Sequence record: SRR31156797_365
DNA length: 53,698 bases
Reading direction: 5' to 3' (one strand)
The translations under genes and the position numbers were made by a program. Every line of letters begins with the position of its first letter. Position 1 is the stretch's first letter. Shown piece by piece: positions 23,997 to 34,200 of this stretch. The notes under the pieces are model-generated. The model searched no databases. It saw only the letters and a program-made list of their open reading frames with translations, and was not told where the DNA came from.

Positions 23997-25277
23997 CTAG
24001 ACCTGCTGATGAATGCGGACATCCTCAAAAATGTTGTTCATTACGAGGGACATGGCTCCCATTACTGCAGCTTTTTCCCGAAGTGTGGAAGTTATGATCT
24101 CAGTGTCCTTTTTAATGTTATAGATGGTGTATTTGTTGAGGGTTTGCTGGATAGGGTCGATTATAAATTGCTCAGCCCGGGATAGGTTTCCACCGATGAT
24201 AATGGCTTCGGGATTAAAAAGATGGATCAGGGTAGCCAGCCCTTTACCCAGGTTTTCACCGATATCGGCCAAAAGATCAATGGCCAGCTGATCACCCTGC
24301 TGGGCTGCTTCCACAATGGTACTGCTATTTATAGCCTCCGGTTCATGATTTACGAGCTCCGAAATTTTGGAGGTCATGCCGGCACCGATTTCCTTTTTAG
24401 CGGCTTTCACCAGTGCGGCACCTGAAGCAACGGTTTCGAGGCATCCACGTTTTCCGCAAATGCAAAGGTCACCATCGTCATGTACTTTGATATGACCAAA
24501 TTCTCCTGCAAACCCCGAATTCCCATGATATACCATGCCATTCAAAATCATACCCATGCCAATACCCGCACCGATATTCAAACACAGGACATTGTCCTTA
24601 TTATGGGCATTTCCAAATTCAAATTCTCCCAGTGCCATCACGCGGGCATCATTTTCTACAAAAACCGGCTTACCAAACCTGTCCTCAAAAAGTTCCTTCA
24701 CAGTCTTGGTAGAATAATTCAGCCAGGAATAGCTTTTCCCCGTGGCCGGATCAGTCAGGCCGGAAATCCCAATTCCTATACCCAGGATTTTTTCTTCACT
24801 TATGTTTAAATCACTCAAAAAATTCATACAGAACTCAAAAAGCCCGTCAACAAAAAGCGGAGAATTTTCGAGAGGTTTATTGAAAACCTTCACTTTCTTT
24901 TGTATCTGATTGCGAAGATTAAAAACAGCCACTTCGGTAAAGTATTGGCCTATGCTTATACCAACAACAAACCTTGCATCCGGAATTAACCCGAAAATGT
25001 TTGGGCGTCGGCCGCCAATGGAGTGGCCAATGCCTTCCTCCTGCACCAATCCCTCATCCATCAATTCGCGTAACAATTTATGAATGGACGGAGAACTCAT
25101 ATTTGCGAGTTTGCAAATTTCAGGATTCGACAAGCTGCCTCTGGAATATAAATAATTGATGATCTTTTTTTTCTGGAAGTATTTTTTCCTTCCAAGGTTG
25201 CCCAGCTTTTCGAGGTTACCGTTTTGGATAAATACAGGATCGTAACTCACGCCAGGAATTGCTTCAGGAGTGTACAT
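23997..25277 (-). CDS. ROK family transcriptional repressor (NagC/XylR-like)
   Basis: N-terminal wHTH with SIGGRRP, ENDA, GIGMG and AGEFGH...CICGKRGCLE. Confidence 0.93.
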   Translation of the reverse strand: MYTPEAIPGVSYDPVFIQNGNLEKLGNLGRKKYFQKKKIINYLYSRGSLSNPEICKLANMSSPSIHKLLRELMDEGLVQEEGIGHSIGGRRPNIFGLIPDARFVVGISIGQYFTEVAVFNLRNQIQKKVKVFNKPLENSPLFVDGLFEFCMNFLSDLNISEEKILGIGIGISGLTDPATGKSYSWLNYSTKTVKELFEDRFGKPVFVENDARVMALGEFEFGNAHNKDNVLCLNIGAGIGMGMILNGMVYHGNSGFAGEFGHIKVHDDGDLCICGKRGCLETVASGAALVKAAKKEIGAGMTSKISELVNHEPEAINSSTIVEAAQQGDQLAIDLLADIGENLGKGLATLIHLFNPEAIIIGGNLSRAEQFIIDPIQQTLNKYTIYNIKKDTEIITSTLREKAAVMGAMSLVMNNIFEDVRIHQQV

Positions 25278-25458
25278 AGCTAAAAAGATAATAATTCATA
25301 AATTTTTTGCTAAAATAGGGAATCTTTTTAAATGTTTTTATGAAGTTTCGGGGTTTTACAAATCACAAGCTGTATGTTGTTATGCTTCTGACTTTTATAA
25401 TGTGATGTTTTGGTTTTAGGAATTTTGATTTATCCACACCTTTTTCCATGCAGAACAC

Positions 25459-25466
25459 TAATTTTG
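25459..25466 (+). promoter_or_regulatory. -7 element (TAATTTTG) for the M16 peptidase operon
   Basis: Exact TAnnTTTG followed by CA, 20 nt upstream of the ATG. Confidence 0.6.
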
Positions 25467-25485
25467 CACCCCAAAATAAAGTTGC

Positions 25486-26733
25486 ATGATCCATTTTGAT
25501 AAATTTCAATTACCCAACGGCCTGAGGGTGATCGTCCATCAGGATTCCTCTACACCAATTACTGCTTTAAATATTATTTACGACGTGGGTGCCCGGGATG
25601 AAGTTCCTGAAAAAACCGGTTTTGCACACTTGTTTGAGCATCTCATGTTTGGTGGATCCGTAAATATCCCGAAATACGATGAACCCCTTGAAAAAGTGGG
25701 TGGCGAAAACAACGCTTTCACATCTAATGATGTAACCAACTACTACCTCACCATACCAAGGCATAACCTGGAAACAGGCTTCTGGCTGGAGTCGGACAGG
25801 ATGCACCAGTTGGCCTTTTCCGAGAAAAGCCTGGAAGTGCAGCGCAATGTGGTGTCAGAAGAGTTCAGGCAAACGCATCTCAACCAGCCTTATGGCGATG
25901 TTTGGATGCTGCTCAGGCCTTTAGCCTACACACAGCATCCATACCAGTGGCCAACAATCGGAAAGGAGATAAGCCATATCACCGATGCAACCATGGAGGA
26001 TGTCAGGGCTTTTTACGATCAACATTATAACCCAAAAAACGCTGTGATGGTCGTTTCGGGAGATGTAGAGGTTGATGAAGCAAAACGTATGGCGGAAAAA
26101 TGGTTTGCCCCCATAAAAAATACCGGAAAATATGAAAGGAACCTTCCGGCTGAGCCTGCCCAAACCATCGACAGAAGGCTTGAGGTGGATCGCGATGTTC
26201 CGGCAAATGCCATCTACAAAGCCTGGCACATGTGCTCACGAACTGATCCGGAATATCATACCACCGACCTGATATCTGATGTTTTAGGCAATGGTAATTC
26301 GTCGCGGTTTTATCAAAAACTGGTAAAGGATGAACGGCTGTTTACCGATTTAGACGCATACATCATGGGAAGTTTCGACAAAGGCTTGTTTGTGGTTTCG
26401 GGAAAGCCTGCCTCTGGTATAAGCATCGAAAAAGCTGAAGCAGCCATCAATACTCAGATTGAAGAAATTTCAAAAATTCCGCCTGCAACAGATGAATTAC
26501 AGAAGGTAAAAAACAAGATCGAATCTACACTTGTGTTTTCGAGAATGAATGTACTGGACAAGGCAATCAACCTTGCATATGCCGAATTACTTGGAGATGC
26601 CGACCTGGTAAATCATGAAGCTGCAAAATACCATTCCGTGACCCGGGAAAAGTTTATTGAAACAGCACAACAGGTTTTCAGGCCGGGTAATAGTTCAACC
26701 CTGATTTACAAATCCAAAAACCAGAAAAAATAA
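25486..26733 (+). CDS. M16 (pitrilysin) zinc peptidase, catalytic subunit
   Basis: HLFEH inverted zincin motif, NAFTS.D.T.Y and LESDRM. Confidence 0.93.
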   Translation: MIHFDKFQLPNGLRVIVHQDSSTPITALNIIYDVGARDEVPEKTGFAHLFEHLMFGGSVNIPKYDEPLEKVGGENNAFTSNDVTNYYLTIPRHNLETGFWLESDRMHQLAFSEKSLEVQRNVVSEEFRQTHLNQPYGDVWMLLRPLAYTQHPYQWPTIGKEISHITDATMEDVRAFYDQHYNPKNAVMVVSGDVEVDEAKRMAEKWFAPIKNTGKYERNLPAEPAQTIDRRLEVDRDVPANAIYKAWHMCSRTDPEYHTTDLISDVLGNGNSSRFYQKLVKDERLFTDLDAYIMGSFDKGLFVVSGKPASGISIEKAEAAINTQIEEISKIPPATDELQKVKNKIESTLVFSRMNVLDKAINLAYAELLGDADLVNHEAAKYHSVTREKFIETAQQVFRPGNSSTLIYKSKNQKK

Positions 26734-28010
26734 TGCAGGAATTCAGAAAAATACAGCCCAAAACTCATGATATCGAATCCTTAACGCTCCTTGAACCTGA
26801 CCAGTTCACGCTGGACAACGGAATTAATGTTTATGCTGTTCGGGCTGGAAGCGAAGACCTTGTAAAACTCGACCTGGTTTTTAATGCGGGTAGCATGTAC
26901 CAGTCGATGCCCCTGCTGGCAGGCCATACCAACAAGTGCCTGCAGGAAGGAACCACCAGTTTTTCTGCAAAGGAAATCGCTGAAAAGGTTGATTACCACG
27001 GTGCTTACCTAAGAAACGGTTTGGGAAAAGATGATGCCCGATTAACGCTTTACTGCCTGGGTAAACACCTGCAAAAACTACTGCCCGTTGTACAGGAAGT
27101 CGCGCTTGAACCACAGTTTCCGGGTGAAGAGGTCAACACCATCATAGCAAAATCACGGCATGAATTTCTGGTTAATATGGAAAAGGTGAAGTATGTAGCC
27201 AGGCTGAACTTTGCAGGGTACATTTTTGGTAAAGGGCACCCATACTCCACCCCTTTAAGTGAAGGTGATTATGCAAATGTTTCACCTGATTTACTCTGCG
27301 GCTTTCATGCAAAACATTATAAAACCAGCCCGTTTTACATTTTAATTTCAGGCCGTGTGCCTGACGATGCCGAGAAGATTTTGAACCGGTATTTCGGTCA
27401 ACACAAAGTAGATTATAACGCCCGGGAAATTCATTTACACGTTCCGGTTACCACACCTGATAAATCACAGTTTATCGAAAAGGAGAACTCGCTGCAGTCA
27501 GCTTTGCGGATAGGCAAAGCGCTCTTTAACAAGAAGCATCCCGAATTCATCAAAATGCAGATTGTGAACACCATCCTTGGTGGTTATTTCGGGTCGAGGC
27601 TGATGGCCAACATTCGGGAGGATAAAGGCTACACATACGGTATCGGCTCTGCCGTCACTTCGTTGAAGCACAGTGGCATTTTTACCATTTCCTCAGAAGT
27701 AGGCGTGGATGTGCGTGAAAAAGCTGTTGAGGAGATTTTCTTCGAAATCAGAAAGCTGGCAACTGATTTGGTTTCTGATGAAGAGCTGAGCCTGGTGAAA
27801 AACTACATGTTGGGTAATTTCCTGCGCAGCGCTGACGGGCCTTTTGCGTTGTCGGAACTGGTAAAATCGGTGGTGGATTATGGCTTTACGATGGACTATT
27901 TCGACAGGTTTATCGGAACAGTTAAAAACATTACCGCAAAAGAAATCAGGGATTTGGCCGTTAAATATCTTGATCCCCATACACTGGTAACTTTGGTGGT
28001 GGGGAAATAA
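26733..28010 (+). CDS. M16 peptidase, non-catalytic partner subunit
   Basis: No HxxEH; contains LGGYFGSRLMANIREDKGYTYG. TAATG coupling to the catalytic subunit. Confidence 0.88.
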   Translation: MQEFRKIQPKTHDIESLTLLEPDQFTLDNGINVYAVRAGSEDLVKLDLVFNAGSMYQSMPLLAGHTNKCLQEGTTSFSAKEIAEKVDYHGAYLRNGLGKDDARLTLYCLGKHLQKLLPVVQEVALEPQFPGEEVNTIIAKSRHEFLVNMEKVKYVARLNFAGYIFGKGHPYSTPLSEGDYANVSPDLLCGFHAKHYKTSPFYILISGRVPDDAEKILNRYFGQHKVDYNAREIHLHVPVTTPDKSQFIEKENSLQSALRIGKALFNKKHPEFIKMQIVNTILGGYFGSRLMANIREDKGYTYGIGSAVTSLKHSGIFTISSEVGVDVREKAVEEIFFEIRKLATDLVSDEELSLVKNYMLGNFLRSADGPFALSELVKSVVDYGFTMDYFDRFIGTVKNITAKEIRDLAVKYLDPHTLVTLVVGK

Positions 28011-28021
28011 TATCAGTGTTT

Positions 28022-29569
28022 ATGTTTGATAAAATGCATCATGAAAAAACGGCTTTTTCTCCTGTTATCTTTTACAAGATGGCTTTTTTCATGGGCGTTT
28101 TGTTTGTATTTCTGTCCGGCCCGGTGGCTGCCCAGGTTCCTGAAAATCCCGAAATAGATACGGTGAGTATTGTTGGTGTTAACCCGATAATTTCATGGAC
28201 TCCCAATACCAGAAACACAACCGGATACAGTGTTTACAGGGGTAGATATGAAAATGCCGGTGGAACCACGTTTTTGATTTTCGATTCACTTACCAGTATT
28301 TATGGCATCCAGCAATCCTCATTTATCGATGCTGATGTTTCCGCTTGTGTGGAACAGAGACTTTATAAAATCAGGGCTTTTAACGCCCTGCAAGCCTCCA
28401 ACTGGCTTGTGGCCGACACAATGAACACCATCCTGATTACACAACTCGATTTTGACCTGTGTTCAAATTCTGTTTTGCTGGAATGGACCAAATACCGGAA
28501 TATGCCCGGAGGCCTCGGCGGATACCGGATTTTAGCCTCAGTTGATGGTGGGGATTTTGAAATTGTTGGTACAACATCTGCTTCCCAAAACTATTTCACG
28601 CATGATAACCTCCTCCCCGAAGTTCAATATACTTACAAAATCAGGGCGATTAGCCAGGATGAAACACGCTCATCCACATCCTGTGAAAAATCTGTGAACA
28701 CACAAACTTATGATAAACCCCAGGAAGCAAGCATGCTGGTAGTTACGGTTGAGAATTTTGAACATATCAAAATCTCGTGGGAAGCTGATGATGCGCCTGT
28801 TTCCAGGTTTAAGGTTTACCGGGATGACGGGGATGGATTTTTTAAGTTGATTGGGGAGAATACGGATCTGGATACCTTTAACCCTTCAACAACTTTTATT
28901 GATGATTCTGCAGATTTTAACCTGCAAAGCTACACCTACAGGGTTGATCTGTTTGATTTTTGCGATAAGCCAGGTATCAGCACCACAAACAATTCCACAA
29001 CCATTCATATCAGCGCACAGAAAGCTGCCGGTTCCATGATCGATCTGCAATGGAATGCTTATGCAGGATGGGACAACATTTTGGAATATGAGCTCTACCG
29101 CGAGGTGGATGGATCCCCTGATCCTGCCGGACCCCTGGCCACATTATCAGTCGGAGAAACCACCTATTCCGATGATATTTCCGGATTGACCAGCGGCGAG
29201 GGTAACCTGGCTTATTACGTAAAAGTGCTTGAAGATGGTTCCGGTCAGGCAGAAAGCTTTTCCAATAAAGTTACCATCGAACTGGAGACCAAAATTTTGA
29301 TTCCCAATGCCATCCGACCGGAAAGTACATCACCCATGGAGCGTGAATTTAAGCCTGTGTTGGATTTTATCGAGGAGGGTTTTTACGAGCTGGTGATCTT
29401 TAACAAATGGGGGCAACAAGTTTTTGCAAGTACCGATAAAGATACAGGATGGAAAGGGGATTTTAACGGACAGACTGTAGCTGCGGGAACTTATGTTTAT
29501 GTTATTAAGTTTAGAAATGCCCGTGGTGAACTTGTTGAAAAACAAGGCACAGTTACCGTGGTAAGATAA
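28022..29569 (+). CDS. T9SS type-B sorting domain (gliding-motility-associated CTD) protein with Fn3-like domains
   Basis: C-terminus IPNA..P...FKP...IFNKWGQQVF...GWKG.FNG...GTYVY.I...G.VTVVR. Signal peptide ends in VAA|Q. The start is uncertain (28016-28079). Confidence 0.82.
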   Translation: MFDKMHHEKTAFSPVIFYKMAFFMGVLFVFLSGPVAAQVPENPEIDTVSIVGVNPIISWTPNTRNTTGYSVYRGRYENAGGTTFLIFDSLTSIYGIQQSSFIDADVSACVEQRLYKIRAFNALQASNWLVADTMNTILITQLDFDLCSNSVLLEWTKYRNMPGGLGGYRILASVDGGDFEIVGTTSASQNYFTHDNLLPEVQYTYKIRAISQDETRSSTSCEKSVNTQTYDKPQEASMLVVTVENFEHIKISWEADDAPVSRFKVYRDDGDGFFKLIGENTDLDTFNPSTTFIDDSADFNLQSYTYRVDLFDFCDKPGISTTNNSTTIHISAQKAAGSMIDLQWNAYAGWDNILEYELYREVDGSPDPAGPLATLSVGETTYSDDISGLTSGEGNLAYYVKVLEDGSGQAESFSNKVTIELETKILIPNAIRPESTSPMEREFKPVLDFIEEGFYELVIFNKWGQQVFASTDKDTGWKGDFNGQTVAAGTYVYVIKFRNARGELVEKQGTVTVVR

Positions 29570-29578
29570 CCAACCGAT

Positions 29579-29609
29579 AAAAAAAGCCATCCTGAACCAG
29601 GACAGCTTT
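29579..29609 (-). terminator. Intrinsic terminator between convergent genes
   Basis: Minus strand GCTGTCCTG-GTT-CAGGATGGC followed by T7. A second hairpin TCCGGC/GCCGGA lies at about 29618-29635. Confidence 0.7.
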
Positions 29610-29655
29610 CCAATAAATCCGGCATCTCAGCCGGAAAGATATAATCCTCCTACCG

Positions 29656-30141
29656 TTAGAAGCTTACTTCAAAGCTTCCGTCAGTAACATTAACAACATC
29701 GCCAGCTGTATTTCTTGCCTCGAAATGAAAGGTGCCCTTGGCGGAAGAGTCGGTTAGCTCAGTGAGCTCGCAGGAGCCCGAACCAACACCTACAATTGTA
29801 GTGTAACTTTGTTCGGCACTGGCACTACCAACATACATCCCCATATTCGGATTGGTTGCTGAACCGCCGATTTGATATGTTCCGGCGCTGCTTACGCCGT
29901 TAAGGGTAATTTGAATTTGCTGTGCATTGCCATTGTTGCCGGCAACCACAAATACACCACCATCAAGCGTGGCCTGAACAGCCAGTGTAGCATCAAAATC
30001 AGCACCATCCACCTTGGCGGTCATGGTTCCATTGGAAGTGTTGTTTTCAGGGTCGGGATTGTCATCATCATCTTTGTTGCATGAAGCGAGGCCAACAGAT
30101 ATAGCCAGTAAAGCCAGAAAAAATACTTTGTAGAGTTTCAT
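29656..30141 (-). CDS. Small lipoprotein (DUF6252-like)
   Basis: Lipobox LASC followed by NKDDDD (lipoprotein export-signal-like), MTAKVDG and GTF.F.A.....V.VTDG.F. Confidence 0.7.
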   Translation of the reverse strand: MKLYKVFFLALLAISVGLASCNKDDDDNPDPENNTSNGTMTAKVDGADFDATLAVQATLDGGVFVVAGNNGNAQQIQITLNGVSSAGTYQIGGSATNPNMGMYVGSASAEQSYTTIVGVGSGSCELTELTDSSAKGTFHFEARNTAGDVVNVTDGSFEVSF

Positions 30142-30180
30142 AATACGCAGTTTTAAGTTTTACAATTTGATTATCTGCTG

Positions 30181-30188
30181 CAAAACTA
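30181..30188 (-). promoter_or_regulatory. -7 element (TAGTTTTG) for the lipoprotein gene
   Basis: Exact TAnnTTTG followed by CA. Confidence 0.55.
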
Positions 30189-30237
30189 TGCCTGCCACGG
30201 ATTGTGGGCAATACGAAGAAATGCGTATTTCGTTGAA

Positions 30238-31017
30238 CTATTTCCCAGCAGCCTCCTTTTTCATGATATTCCGGAAACGTGTTTGACTTACCGGGTGATC
30301 TGCTACTACCCTGCCGTTTAGCACAATGCCAAATGAGCCAAAAGGAAACGGCACTCCCCTGGCCTGATCATCCGATTCAAGATTGATAATGGTAGGTTCG
30401 ATGTTAAATTCTGTTCTTGCTGCTTCTGTAATTTCTGTTGTGGATTTATGGGTATAAGGGCACTGGCCAGAAGTAAAAATGTATAGTCCGGATTGATATT
30501 TTTTCACCTTTTCATTCATTCCTTTAACAAATGAAGGTGGTTGATCAATATCATCAAACCTAAAAGCCAGCAGTTCGAAATCAGGTTTTGCTTTATCCAC
30601 AACCTCAAATCCTAATTTCACAAATACATTTTTTCCTGCCATCCAGGATCCTTTGCGTGTAACCACTGCAACGCCCTTCCTCCCGGATTGCCGGGCATCT
30701 TCAACACATGATTCAATCATTTTTTGTCCATATCCCAGGCCTTTGGCATCCTTTTTCATGATGAAGATGCAATGGATAAAAAAGAAGCCTTTCGCCTCCA
30801 CCGGACGCCAGGCATGCTCTCCCGGTAAATATTCGATACCACCAATGGCGCCTTTTTCCTCCGATACAAGCATGTTGTACCGCATACCATCTTTAAATCG
30901 CTCCCTGGCCCAGTCCAGCTTTCGTTGATAGCCTTTGTTTTTGGTATTCTTGTATCCACACATACCAAACTCGTGGATGCTTTCGGGGGTGGTAGAAATG
31001 ATTTTCAGCTTGTTCAT
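30238..31017 (-). CDS. GNAT/YoaP-domain protein
   Basis: IEYLPGEHAWRPV, FIHCIFI, GLGYG, QCPY and the C-terminal YoaP-like P.PF..F....NG. Confidence 0.82.
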   Translation of the reverse strand: MNKLKIISTTPESIHEFGMCGYKNTKNKGYQRKLDWARERFKDGMRYNMLVSEEKGAIGGIEYLPGEHAWRPVEAKGFFFIHCIFIMKKDAKGLGYGQKMIESCVEDARQSGRKGVAVVTRKGSWMAGKNVFVKLGFEVVDKAKPDFELLAFRFDDIDQPPSFVKGMNEKVKKYQSGLYIFTSGQCPYTHKSTTEITEAARTEFNIEPTIINLESDDQARGVPFPFGSFGIVLNGRVVADHPVSQTRFRNIMKKEAAGK

Positions 31018-31174
31018 TTTCAAAACATTTAAATTTTAAAAGCAGTTTTTAATTTTGGGGGTTTTTCAAAAACATACTTTGATCCCATCCTCTACTGGAT
31101 TGTATAAACAGGTTATTATAGCCACGAAGGCCCTAAGGCACAAAGATTCCACCAAAGGATAAGCAGGTAAAAAT

Positions 31175-31207
31175 AAAAAAAAAGCAGACATTGCTGCCTG
31201 CTTTTTT
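31175..31207 (-). terminator. Intrinsic terminator ending the T9SS cargo array
   Basis: Minus strand GCAGGCA-GCAA-TGTCTGC followed by T9. Confidence 0.85.
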
Positions 31208-31231
31208 ATCAGATAAATCCTTTATAAGGTT

Positions 31232-34200
31232 TTATTTCACAATTACTTTTTCAATCATCGATGATGAATCGCCGGTGAGCCTGATGAAGTAAATGCCTTC
31301 GGGCTGATCGGAGAGGTTGATCACGGAGCTGCCGCTGATCTTACCTACAAAGATAACTTGTCCCTGAGCATTGGTTACATTTACATCAAAATCACCAACA
31401 ACATCAATATTGAACTCACCATTACCGGGGTTCGGGTAAATGCTGTATGCATGGCCTGGATCACCAATACCTGTTACACCAACCTTGAATGTTTCAATCA
31501 TTGAAAGGCCATTTTCAGCAAACAAACCATCATGATTCTGGATACTGATATTGTAAACTGCCTGTACATCCATCTCTTCGCCATAACGATAAATCCTGAA
31601 TGAAATCGCTTCTCCTTCAACCATGCCATCAATTTCATTGGTGGTCATATCGTCACCGTAAACGATCATTGGAATTGAGCTACGATCACCGCTATATTGG
31701 GTTAATCCAACACAGACACCTTCGCTGTTGAATGCCCCGATGAAGTCGCCTGTTTCCAGTTCATTCAATGCGGTTTCGGCAATTGAAATGATGTGCTGGT
31801 CACCTGAGATCATTACGTCATTCCAATTCGTTGTATTGTCAATTACAATAGCTTCCTGAGGCGCAGCCTTTGGCAGTTCAACACCAAAATCGATTGTTCC
31901 GCTGCCATTAAACTTGGTCAGGTAAGCATATCCCGGTTCGAGTGTTTCGAGGGCGCCCTGAACTCCTGGAACAATGCCGCCTTCAGGCCAGTAAACGCTA
32001 CCGGTTTCTACATCAAACATAAACTCTACAGCATCTCCGAGCGGAACGATCAGTTCTTCAATTGAAGCAGGATCTTCACTTAGTATCGGAACGAAAACAG
32101 TACCCGGAACAAAGTTATATTCCTGTGATTCAACAGGTGTGCCTGAATATACCATGTAAGTTCCACCGTCAAACTTCACTTTGTAACCACTGTAATTATC
32201 CCAATCGCCAAGTGTGTTCACATTAAATTCAGGCCAGTAAATACCCTGGTTATTCAGCAGTATTACCATTGAATTTACAGGAGCAAACATGCTTTGCAAT
32301 GCAGGATCAGCAGGAGCCAGGTAACTTGATATGGCTGTCCAGCCCCATGAATAATACATCGGGAGCACCGGATCTTCGTTACAGCCGGCCATTGGTGTTG
32401 CATAAATACCCGCTCCATCAGCATTAATGGCTGCAAGTTTTGTGGATGCGGTCCAGTTCAAAGGATCATTGTTTTCGAGTGATACATCGCAGAAAGTAAG
32501 TGAAGGACCATAGCCGTCGGGCAGATTTGTCCAGTCGCCACCGTCATCATAATCAACATATGCGCGAACAACACCACCTGCATCAGTTAGTTCGATGTCC
32601 TCACCGCCATTTCCAAGTCCACCACTTTCCCATTCGTAAGCTTCAACACCAAATGTGCTAAGGAATGCTTCTGCATCTACACAAACCACTACGTATTCGC
32701 CCGGATTGAAAATATGCTCGGGGAAAGTATAATTAAATCCTTGTGTAAATTCCCAATCCATCAGGTTGAGGATGCCCTCACCATTGTTATAAAGCTCAAC
32801 AAACTCCAGTGTGTCTGAACCACCTTCAGGTGGGTTGTACATAATTTCGGTGATTTTCACATCGATCGGCGGAATGATTGAGAAAAAGTCGTCACTCATG
32901 TCTTCGAGCGCCGGTTCGTTTACCGAAATTCTAACTTTATAATTGTCCCCGTAGTCCTGGGTTACGTTCCAGGTATACATACCCGTTTCGATTAAAATAT
33001 CTTCAGCCAGAAGCACTTCTGCTTTGCCATCATTTTCATAAAGATATACATCCACCAGTGCACCATCTTCGAGGTTTGTTTCCCAGGTAATGTCATATTC
33101 TGTTCCGAATTCAACCTGTTCGCCACCATTTGGATCGGTAACAATTACATAATCAGGGATTTCGAGGTCGCCAAAATCACGGGAAGTGATGAAATTACCT
33201 TCGAAACGTGCATTACCAATACCGGTAACTCCAATTTCAACGGGAGGAATGGTTGAACCAATATAATCAACACTATAGAATGTTGTCCTGAAAACACCTT
33301 CACCTTTGCTGGCATCACTGATTGGATATTCATTGCCGTTGGAGAAAGCAGAACCGGCGTCTTCGAAAGTAACACCAAGAATTTGAACCAGCTCTGATTC
33401 ATATTCTTCGAAATTTCCGGTAAATTCAGCCAATGTAACCACTTCAGGAACAATTTCATTTTCTGTTGAGGTAGCAGCGCCCGGATCAACAGCCGGAACA
33501 AACTGTAGCATATTGCCGTACTCACTTACTGTACCGATGATTCCGGTAATTCCATCATAGCGGTTATAATCCGTGGTGATCACGCCATCGTTATCATCAA
33601 TCAATATACCGGCGGTAGCATCCTGAATAAATTTTTGGTTTCTAAAACTCTGCTGAAATGTAAGTACAACTTCACCCATAACCTCGTAATATCCATCTTT
33701 TCCACCACTGGCATCACGCAATTCGGCCAGGTTGGCCACCTGAACAGGAGTTTCAATTTCGTAGTACGCTGATGCCTCGAAACTTGTGGCATAGCCCACT
33801 GCAACAGCAATGGCTTTCAATTCCGTATTATCGTTAATTTCTACAGCTCCTCCATATAACATGGACGACTGGTCAGGATCAGAACCGTCAGTTGTATAAA
33901 AAATGGCCGCACCAGGTGTGGCACATGTGATTTCAACCATTTGGGTACTGAAGTAGAGACCGGCAGGTACTGAGAATTCTGGTACATCTGCAGCAGGAGT
34001 TCCACCGCAAACAGCATTGTGGAAACCCAGGTAATCCCATGTATTCTGTGGGTAAACGATCCACTCGGAATCATCTGCATTTGTACCGGCCGACGAAGGC
34101 CAGTCGGCATTAGGACCACAAACGTCAGCCTTTCTTACAAGCGTGTGCTCTCCGGTTGCTCCGGAAACCCCAGCCACATCCCAATATTCAGCATCACCAT

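Noticed and set aside
31121-31158. GCCACGAAGGCCCTAAGGCACAAAG short 8-nt-periodic motif
   Set aside because: It may belong to a dispersed intergenic repeat family, but there is only one short copy in the window, which is not enough to call.
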